DNA of 64,000 nucleotides, from positions 17,865 through 81,864 of the forward strand of contig JACDHS010000006.1 of the NCBI GenBank assembly GCA_013820875.1, given 5' to 3'. Positions 8,512 through 16,101 of this stretch are shown here, piece after piece; position 1 is the stretch's first letter; the number at the start of each line of letters is the position of its first letter. The DNA comes from Verrucomicrobiota bacterium. GTDB lineage: Bacteria; Verrucomicrobiota; Verrucomicrobiia; Limisphaerales; JACDHS01. Both the position numbers and the translations under genes were made by a program. The notes below the pieces were generated by a model. That model saw only the letters and a list, made by a program, of their open reading frames with translations, was not told the DNA's origin and searched no databases.

Positions 8512-9813
8512 ATGCAACCTTTGGTCAATCATCTGCAATCTTTCTCAACGTGGCCGCTGGGCTATACCGTTGGAATGGTGATCCTCACAGTCCTGCTGCT
8601 TCATGCCATGCTGCAATTGTATGGCTACAGCAGACGACTCGGTTTTGAGAAACAACAGCAACGCCTCGCGCGCCAGCAAATGCAGCTCTCCATCCAGGCC
8701 GCCATGCTCCGCTGCAAGGAGGCTGAAGCCGGGCAACTCGTCTGGAATGGCTTCCGCAAGTTCCGGGTCGCGAAAAAGGTTCCAGAATGTCAGGACGTCT
8801 TTTCCTTCTATCTCGCGCCACACGATGGCAAACCGATTCCCAGCTTCAAGCCGGGTCAATATCTGACGTTTCAATTGCACGTTCCGAACCAGGCCAAGCC
8901 GGTCATTCGCTGCTACTCGATCTCCGATGCGCCACGAGAAGATAATCAATTCCGTGTCACCATCAAAAAAGCATTGCCTCCACGCGATGCCAAAGAGGCG
9001 TTGCCGGGCATCGCATCCAGTTATTTCGCCGAAACTCTGCGGGAAGGAGACATCCTCGATGTGAAAGCTCCGTCCGGCGCGTTCTTCCTGGAACTGGGTA
9101 AATCCACTCCGGTCGTGCTGATCTCCGGTGGGGTGGGCATCACGCCAATGTTGAGCATGATGAATGCGCTTTTGAACATGGGTTCAAAACGTGAGATCTG
9201 GTTTTTCCATGGAGCCCGCAACAGCAAGGAGCACATCCTGAAAGAATACGTGGAGAAGATAGTGGCCCAGCATGACAACGTGCGTTTGGTGGTTTCCTAC
9301 AGTGCTCCGCTGCCGGGCGATGTGATGGACAAAGATTACCACCACCAGGGATATTTCAGCGTCTCCCTGCTCAAAGATCTCCTGCCATCGAACAATTTTG
9401 AGTACTTCATTTGCGGTCCGCCCAAGATGATGGAGGACGCCGCCTTCAAACTCGCAGAATGGGGCGTGCCGAAAAACCGGATTAATTATGAAGCATTCGG
9501 TCCTCCCGCAAAAAAGAAAGTGGACGCTCCAACCGGTGCACTCCTCACGACTGGCGCAGGATTGAAAGTGACTTTTGGCCGTTCTGGAAAAACCACCGTG
9601 TGGGATCCGACGTGCGAATCCATCCTGGATCTGGCGGACAAGGCAGGCGTGGATATCAGTTCAGGTTGTCGCTCCGGCAGTTGCGGCACCTGCCTGGTTG
9701 CAATCAAGACTGGCAAGGTAGCTTACTCCGGGACGCATGATGCCGTTGGCGAAGAAGGTTCCTGCCTGACCTGCGTTTGCAAGCCGGAAACAGACGTCGT
9801 CCTGGACGTGTAA
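8512..9813 (+). CDS. Membrane-anchored FNR-family flavoprotein reductase with C-terminal plant-type [2Fe-2S] ferredoxin domain
   Basis: N-terminal TM segment GYTVGMVILTVLLLHAMLQLYGY. FAD motif RCYSIS, NAD(P) motif GGVGITPM, and a Fer2 cysteine set CRSGSCGTC...C. Confidence 0.8.
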   Translation: MQPLVNHLQSFSTWPLGYTVGMVILTVLLLHAMLQLYGYSRRLGFEKQQQRLARQQMQLSIQAAMLRCKEAEAGQLVWNGFRKFRVAKKVPECQDVFSFYLAPHDGKPIPSFKPGQYLTFQLHVPNQAKPVIRCYSISDAPREDNQFRVTIKKALPPRDAKEALPGIASSYFAETLREGDILDVKAPSGAFFLELGKSTPVVLISGGVGITPMLSMMNALLNMGSKREIWFFHGARNSKEHILKEYVEKIVAQHDNVRLVVSYSAPLPGDVMDKDYHHQGYFSVSLLKDLLPSNNFEYFICGPPKMMEDAAFKLAEWGVPKNRINYEAFGPPAKKKVDAPTGALLTTGAGLKVTFGRSGKTTVWDPTCESILDLADKAGVDISSGCRSGSCGTCLVAIKTGKVAYSGTHDAVGEEGSCLTCVCKPETDVVLDV

Positions 9814-9816
9814 AGA

Positions 9817-11535
9817 ATGAGCACCACTTCATCGAAACCACAACGTTGGGACGATGCCACTTCATTTGGAGGCGGCCTCTCCGATGCGGAAGTGGATCGA
9901 TTAATGACCCTGTCCCCTTTTCGCGAGATGGACCAGGAGACATTCCCGAAGCGTTTGCCATTACGCGGAATCCTTCAGAACGACACACGCATTCGCAAAT
10001 TCAGCAAAGGAGAAATGGTCGTTCGCCAGGGGGACTACGGCACGTCAGCGTTCCTGATCATGTCCGGCGAAGTGAAAGTGGTGCTGAAGCCGGAACTGCC
10101 CCCGCGCATCCTCGGTCGCAAAGAAGCAGAGCGTCCGAATATCTTTCGTATTTTTAGCCAGTTCTGGAATTCCAAACATCCGGAAACCCGCAAGCCATTC
10201 GAATTAAAGGCTGGAGATGAAGTATCCGCGCGACAGGCGGATGACGGTGAACTTAAAGTTTTCCTCCAGGACATACCGCGCATTCTCGACCAGCATCAGA
10301 CCGCCACAATTGGTTCCGGAGAATTCTTTGGCGAAATTTCGGCTCTCGGACGCATCCCCCGCACCGCCACCACCTTCTGCGAAAAGGAGGCGGAACTGCT
10401 CGAGATCCGTTGGCAGGGCCTGCGCGATCTCCTGAAGTACGACAAGAACCTGAAAATGCGGATCGACCAGATTTACCGTGAACGCGCTCTCGCCAGTCAT
10501 CTGTTGAAAATGCCGATGTTCCGGAACCTCACGCCGGAGAATCTGCAGAAGGTGATTGATGAAGCGGAATTCCGAACCTACGGCGAATACGATTGGTCCG
10601 GCGATTACAAAAAGCTGGTGAAAGCAGGCGCGGCTGAGGGCGCTCCCAAAGAACCTGTGATCGTACAGGAGGGAGATTATTTGAATGGGCTCGTGCTCAT
10701 TCGCGCCGGTTTTGCGCGGTTAAGCCAGAAGTTTGGACGCGGTCTGCGCACGTTGAATTACCTGGGAGTAGGCCAGAGTTATGGTTTCGACGAGATCGCA
10801 CATAACTGGCGGAAGAAAGAGGAGTCGCTGCCGTTTCAATACACCCTGACGGCCATCGGTTACACGCACGTCATCGTGATTCCAACGAATCTCATTGAAG
10901 AACTGGTGCTCCCTACCCTGCCCCCCAAGGCATGGCCGGCGTTGATTCAGAAAAAGGAGGAAGCAGCACCGACTGTCGAAAAGAATAAAGCCGCTGAAAC
11001 TCGCATTGGGCCGGACATGATGGAGTTCGTCGCGGAACATCGTTTCTTCAACGGCACGGCCACAATGCTGATTGACCTGACGCTATGCACGCGTTGCGAC
11101 GATTGCGTGCGGGCCTGCGCCTCCACGCATAACAATAATCCGCGTTTCCTGCGCAATGGCCCGACCAACGGCAACGTGATGGTGGCCAATGCCTGCATGC
11201 ATTGCGTGGATCCGGTTTGCATGATCGGCTGCCCGACGGGCGCCATTCATCGAAATGCGTTCGAAGGCGAAGTCGTTATCAACCAATCGACGTGCATCGG
11301 TTGCCAATCCTGCGCATCCAACTGTCCATACGATGCCATCCGAATGGTGGAAGCGCGCGATACCAAAGGGCGTCTCGTTCTGGACAAAGAGATGAAAGGC
11401 ATTCTGAAAGCCACGAAGTGTGATTTGTGTGTCGATCAATATGGAGGGCCGGCTTGCGAGAGAGCTTGTCCCCATGATGCTTTGGTTCGCCTCAACATGA
11501 ACGATCTCGATAGCTTCGCCAAATGGCTTAAATAG
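9817..11535 (+). CDS. Fusion protein: two cyclic-nucleotide-binding (CAP_ED) domains plus a four-cluster [4Fe-4S] ferredoxin module (DmsB/NrfC-like)
   Basis: cNMP signatures are FFGEISALGRIPRTATTF and a second domain VQEGDYLNGLVLIRAGFARL. Cysteine groups are CTRCDDCVRAC, CMHCVDPVCMIGCP, CIGCQSCASNCP and CDLCVDQYGGPACERACP. No Tat or Sec signal is apparent. Confidence 0.8.
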   Translation: MSTTSSKPQRWDDATSFGGGLSDAEVDRLMTLSPFREMDQETFPKRLPLRGILQNDTRIRKFSKGEMVVRQGDYGTSAFLIMSGEVKVVLKPELPPRILGRKEAERPNIFRIFSQFWNSKHPETRKPFELKAGDEVSARQADDGELKVFLQDIPRILDQHQTATIGSGEFFGEISALGRIPRTATTFCEKEAELLEIRWQGLRDLLKYDKNLKMRIDQIYRERALASHLLKMPMFRNLTPENLQKVIDEAEFRTYGEYDWSGDYKKLVKAGAAEGAPKEPVIVQEGDYLNGLVLIRAGFARLSQKFGRGLRTLNYLGVGQSYGFDEIAHNWRKKEESLPFQYTLTAIGYTHVIVIPTNLIEELVLPTLPPKAWPALIQKKEEAAPTVEKNKAAETRIGPDMMEFVAEHRFFNGTATMLIDLTLCTRCDDCVRACASTHNNNPRFLRNGPTNGNVMVANACMHCVDPVCMIGCPTGAIHRNAFEGEVVINQSTCIGCQSCASNCPYDAIRMVEARDTKGRLVLDKEMKGILKATKCDLCVDQYGGPACERACPHDALVRLNMNDLDSFAKWLK

Positions 11536-12357
11536 ATGATTTCGCGAAAGAATAGATGGGTCGCTAAACTCTTTTTGTTGATCCTCCTGTGTGTGGTCGT
11601 CACGGTGGTGGCTCAACAATACAGTCATTTACCGAGGCATGTCTTCATCACCGGCTGGCTGCTCCTGGGATTGATGCTGTTGCTGACGCTTTACAATGGC
11701 CGCAAGAAAATCCCTTTTCTGCCGCTGGCAAACTCCAAAGATTGGCTGCAATTCCACATCTATGCGGGGTGGTTCACGCTGTTGCTCTTTTTGCTTCACA
11801 TCCGTTTTCGATTTCCGACTGGTTGGTTTGAAGGGACTTTGGCAACCCTCTATGCGGTTGTGATGGTGAGCGGGATCGTTGGTCTTTTCATCTCAAGATC
11901 CTTTCCGAAACGCCTGACCAGCCGGGGTGGCGAGGTTCTGTTCGAGACCATACCAATCGTTCGTCGCAACCTGCGAAAACGCGCGGAGGAACTGACGCTC
12001 AAATCCATCCCGGACGTGCAGGCTTCGACGGTCGCCGATTTTTATACCAATGAATTGGCGGGATTCTTTGCCGGCCCCAAAAACTATTGGAAACATTTGT
12101 TCGAAATCCGAACTCCACTCAACCATCTGCTAAAAAAAGTGGATGACCTGAAAAGGTTTTTGAATGAGAAAGAGCGCGGTGTCATGAGCGAATACTCCGA
12201 TCTCGTTCGGCAGAAGGATGGATTGGATTATCATCATACCCTGCAACTGACGCTGAAACTTTGGTTGTTTGTTCACATCCCGCTAACCTACAGCCTGCTG
12301 ATTTTTTCCCTGGTGCATGTCATTTTGGTCTTCGCGTTTTCGGGAGGAGCCCGATGA
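11536..12357 (+). CDS. Integral membrane protein, putative di-heme b-type cytochrome (two TM helices each with His-X13-His)
   Basis: ATG directly follows the upstream TAG. It has about 5 TM segments. TM3 reads QFHIYAGWFTLLLFLLHI and the last TM reads FVHIPLTYSLLIFSLVHV; each has two His 14 positions apart. Confidence 0.55.
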   Translation: MISRKNRWVAKLFLLILLCVVVTVVAQQYSHLPRHVFITGWLLLGLMLLLTLYNGRKKIPFLPLANSKDWLQFHIYAGWFTLLLFLLHIRFRFPTGWFEGTLATLYAVVMVSGIVGLFISRSFPKRLTSRGGEVLFETIPIVRRNLRKRAEELTLKSIPDVQASTVADFYTNELAGFFAGPKNYWKHLFEIRTPLNHLLKKVDDLKRFLNEKERGVMSEYSDLVRQKDGLDYHHTLQLTLKLWLFVHIPLTYSLLIFSLVHVILVFAFSGGAR

Positions 12358-14099
12358 AAGATCAATTACCCGCGCCGGACTTTAATTCCCAACGCTACGA
12401 ACGTCCCAATCAGAAGTGGGTTTGTGGATGGTTGTGCGACGGCACCCCTTGCAAGAATGGTCCGGATGGAAAAGGCCATTGCGGCGCCACGGCTGATTGT
12501 CACCCAGTTTTGAAGCCTGGAAACGAAGGCGAAAAAGCTGCTTTTGTCTGCACACGCTCCAAGGAACTCGGCGGCCCCTGCGAAGAAGGCCCGCGCGCAG
12601 ACGGCTGTTGCAGTCATCCACCCAAACTTTGTCAGCCTCAGCTCAGCCTGCGTCATAAGCGCGGCCTCGTCACGAAAAGCGTCATCGTTCTCACCCTCGG
12701 TTTGCTCCTGGTGATTTTTTATGGCGGGTATCGCTGGCGGTTTATTTCTCCCGGCGAACTTTCCTTTAAGCATCAGAGCGCGGCCTTTGCCCAGATGGCG
12801 CACGACCTTCATGGCGCAAACCAACAATGCGCTGCGTGCCATGCGGCAGCAAAATCCGGCCCGTCCGATTGGATCGCCACCGCCAGCGCCGCCGATCCCG
12901 GACCACATGAACTTCAAAAACTTTTACTCACACCGCACCCGGAAACGACCCGGCTCGACCTGACTTGTCAAAAATGTCATCCGCACCACACGTTTCACGA
13001 ACCGAACGTCGCCTGGGAATATTCCTGTTCCTCCTGTCACCAGGAACATAAGGGTGGCGGCCCGATGAAAGCGGTTAATGTACAACATTGCGTCGGTTGC
13101 CACGGCAACGCAGAAGTGATGCAGGCAGCCGCGAAAAAGGGAGAGTTAATCCCGGCGCACCATTTCGATTTTCAATTTGATCAGACGCGCGCGTCGTTCC
13201 GCGCGCCACGACCCGCGAAAGGTTACACACAGTTGATTACCGAATTTTCAAAGGATCATCCCGAGTTCCTCGTGCATCGGGAAAACTTAAAGGATCCGAA
13301 CACCCTTCGATTCAGTCATGCCACTCACGTCGGGGACAATCCAAATATGCCCCTGCTCGACGGCAGGAAACTGGATTGCGCCTCCTGCCATAAACCTGGT
13401 CCCGGCGGCGTTTACTATCAGCGCGTGACCTTCGAAGCGAATTGCAAGGCCTGTCACTCCCTCCAGTTCGACCGCGAAAACCCGGGTCTGACCATTCCGC
13501 ACGGGGAACCAGCATTTGCCCAGGCGTTCCTGCGCAGCCTCCCCCAGCAATATGCAAGCTACGCGAGCAAATCAAAAGGGATCACCGGGAAAACGGAACT
13601 GGATCGATTCGTTCGCGAACAACTCAAGGAGTTGCGGGACCAGTTTGGTTCCGGTGAAGAATTGGAACAAAAAGTTTTCTTCAGTGACGAACGCACTGCG
13701 CCGGCCACCAGCATCGGCGGCCTCAGTTCAAAGGGGCGCTCCATGTTCGCCGGTTGCGCTTATTGTCACGAAGTAAAACCAGGTAAAGATTTGCCGATTG
13801 TGACTGCTCCCGTCATGCCGGAGCGTTGGCTGGATCGTGGGCGCTTCGATCATTCCAAACATGCCAACCTGAGCTGCGTCACCTGCCATGAACAGGCAAT
13901 CTTCAGCAAACATGCCTCGGACATTCTACTCCCTACGCAACACAGTTGCGCCGCTTGTCACCGGCCACAGGGAGCTGCCCGGAATGATTGTTTGGAATGT
14001 CATTCCTATCATCATCGCCCGGAGAAGTTCGATCTCCCCATTCGCACAGAACGAAATACCAACTTCCTGAAAACGGCGACTTCTTCCGCGGGGAAATAA
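12354..14099 (+). CDS. Membrane-anchored decaheme cytochrome c with Cys-rich N-terminal region
   Basis: Trimmed to ATG 12354, which overlaps the upstream TGA (ATGA). Ten CxxCH motifs: CAACH, CQKCH, CSSCH, CVGCH, CASCH, CKACH, CAYCH, CVTCH, CAACH, CLECH. One TM (VIVLTLGLLLVIFYGGY) follows a roughly 100-aa segment containing 10 Cys. Confidence 0.8.
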   Translation: MKDQLPAPDFNSQRYERPNQKWVCGWLCDGTPCKNGPDGKGHCGATADCHPVLKPGNEGEKAAFVCTRSKELGGPCEEGPRADGCCSHPPKLCQPQLSLRHKRGLVTKSVIVLTLGLLLVIFYGGYRWRFISPGELSFKHQSAAFAQMAHDLHGANQQCAACHAAAKSGPSDWIATASAADPGPHELQKLLLTPHPETTRLDLTCQKCHPHHTFHEPNVAWEYSCSSCHQEHKGGGPMKAVNVQHCVGCHGNAEVMQAAAKKGELIPAHHFDFQFDQTRASFRAPRPAKGYTQLITEFSKDHPEFLVHRENLKDPNTLRFSHATHVGDNPNMPLLDGRKLDCASCHKPGPGGVYYQRVTFEANCKACHSLQFDRENPGLTIPHGEPAFAQAFLRSLPQQYASYASKSKGITGKTELDRFVREQLKELRDQFGSGEELEQKVFFSDERTAPATSIGGLSSKGRSMFAGCAYCHEVKPGKDLPIVTAPVMPERWLDRGRFDHSKHANLSCVTCHEQAIFSKHASDILLPTQHSCAACHRPQGAARNDCLECHSYHHRPEKFDLPIRTERNTNFLKTATSSAGK

Positions 14100-14415
14100 G
14101 TAAGCCGCGTTTCCGAATCCATCGGGATGAATCCCTTGCGAGTTTGCCCGGCCACCCATCTCGCGTGCCAGCAACTCAATGGCATTATCAATGGGAAACC
14201 GATTTCGATCCGCTGAACTTCGGTCTCACGGCGCAGGATTCCCGGCCGCGACGACAAGAGCATCAGCACCCTGGAATTTGACGACGTCGCCCTTGGCAGC
14301 AATCCAGGGGTTGAACCAAAAAAGTGGATGAGCAGCTGAAAACACCTTCAATTGCTGTCTCACTTGCAATGCGTTACCTTTCATTTGACGCCAGCCACAA
14401 CGGGCAAGCAATGAA

Positions 14416-16089
14416 ATGGGAAGCAGTATGTCTGAGGTAACACATTCTAAGCTAACGGCTCACCGCCCTTGGATGTTTCAATCGCGATCCCGACTTTTTG
14501 TGACTCTTTTCCTGGTTGTCGCGATCCCTACAGCCATTTTGACGGCTTTGACGGCTTTTTTTGTTTATGACGAACTGACTGACCAGACGGTGAGACATAA
14601 CACCGTCACGGCGCGGCTCGTCGCCAAACACATTGATGAAGAATTTTACGGCTTGCGCCGCTATGTCGAGAGCTTTGCAATACGTGAAAGAATCAGAAAT
14701 TCGATCGAAGCCAATGATGCAGATGCGATACAGGAACAACTAGAGGATCTGGTTGAGAACAACAGCAAACTTTCACGAGCGGTAATCACCGACACCCAGG
14801 GTGTTCTGCGTTTCGATTATCCCAGAGACCCGGAAACACTCGGAAAAGATTTTTCTCACCGCAACTGGTTCAAAGGAGCTTCACAAGCGGATACACCTTA
14901 CATTTCAGAAGCTTACCGGCGGACTGCACTGGACCAGGCAGTTGTCGTGATGATCGCAACTAAAATCAGAGATCCTCAAGGCGCCGTCGGCTATTTAGGC
15001 GCCCACCATGCGATTGAAGATCTCATGGATTGGCTGGACTCAGTGCAATCATCCGATTCGGAGCGAATAGCCATTTTTGATCAGTATGGAAATCAGATGA
15101 TGAGAATGGATAGCCCACAAATCGAAAACATCAGCGAGCACCCGGACATTCAGAAAGCTTTAAAGCAGCCCGAGGGCTGGTTAAAAATCAACGGCATCGA
15201 TGAATTTGATCGCGCTCTCTTGAGCCATGTTCCTATTCCGAATCTTGGTTGGACCGTGATGGCATACCAGGACTACACAGTGGTTTTTGCACCCGTGCAA
15301 CGTCTGCTTCGCACCATTCTGATTTTTTTCCTAATCGCACTGGCTGCGATGGGATTGCTCGGCTGGCTTTGGTATCGTGTTCTCTTCACCTACGCGGAGG
15401 ATTTGCGACGGAGCAACAGGGAATTGGAAAACCTTTGCTATAGCATTGCCCACGATTTACGGGCGCCGTTAAGAGCGATGCAGGGATTCACCAGTCTGAT
15501 TGCCGAGGACTACGCAGAGAAACTTGGCGATGAAGGAATGGCGTGCGCGCGGCGCGTAGGAACTGCCGCCCAACGAATGGATTGGCTTATTCGCGACCTG
15601 TTGGAATATGGGAGCGTCACACACAGAAGCCTGGAGTTCGAACGAGTCGATTTAAGCCAAAGCATGCAAAATGCAATGGAAGCAATGGTCGCTCGCATTC
15701 AGAAAAAGCAGGCAGAAATCAGGGTCAACGACCCTCTTGGAGTTGTGACTGCCGATAAGCGTATGGTGCAGCACCTCCTGGAGCATCTATTGAGTAATGC
15801 TCTGAAGTATGTCGCTCGCAATATCACGCCGAAAATTGAGATATGGAGCGAAGACAAGCCACAGCATGTGCGCCTATGGATGAGGGACAATGGTATCGGG
15901 ATTCCATGTGAACAATTTGAAAGAATTTTTGGCATTTTCCAAAGACTGCACCCCACCGAAAGCTATTCTGGAACAGGAATTGGCCTGGCGATTGTTAAAA
16001 AAGCAGCGGAACGCATGGGCGGCAGCGTTGGCCTGGAATCTGAACCCGATAAAGGGAGCATCTTTTGGATCGAATTACCAAAGAAGTAA
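14416..16089 (+). CDS. Sensor histidine kinase (periplasmic Cache-like sensor, HisKA, HATPase_c)
   Basis: Two TM segments flank a roughly 250-aa extracytoplasmic domain. H-box SIAHDLRAPLRAM. ATPase motifs DNGIGIP and GTGIGLAIVKK. No response regulator is adjacent. Confidence 0.85.
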   Translation: MGSSMSEVTHSKLTAHRPWMFQSRSRLFVTLFLVVAIPTAILTALTAFFVYDELTDQTVRHNTVTARLVAKHIDEEFYGLRRYVESFAIRERIRNSIEANDADAIQEQLEDLVENNSKLSRAVITDTQGVLRFDYPRDPETLGKDFSHRNWFKGASQADTPYISEAYRRTALDQAVVVMIATKIRDPQGAVGYLGAHHAIEDLMDWLDSVQSSDSERIAIFDQYGNQMMRMDSPQIENISEHPDIQKALKQPEGWLKINGIDEFDRALLSHVPIPNLGWTVMAYQDYTVVFAPVQRLLRTILIFFLIALAAMGLLGWLWYRVLFTYAEDLRRSNRELENLCYSIAHDLRAPLRAMQGFTSLIAEDYAEKLGDEGMACARRVGTAAQRMDWLIRDLLEYGSVTHRSLEFERVDLSQSMQNAMEAMVARIQKKQAEIRVNDPLGVVTADKRMVQHLLEHLLSNALKYVARNITPKIEIWSEDKPQHVRLWMRDNGIGIPCEQFERIFGIFQRLHPTESYSGTGIGLAIVKKAAERMGGSVGLESEPDKGSIFWIELPKK

Positions 16090-16101
16090 ACCAACTCCAT
16101 C

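Noticed and set aside
14100-14415. Three short minus-strand ORF fragments in different frames (13926..14174, 14012..14302, 14226..14411) that might be a decayed gene between the decaheme cytochrome and the kinase.
   Set aside because: I could not recognise any family or a consistent frameshift path. A BLASTX search would be needed, so it is not reported as a pseudogene.
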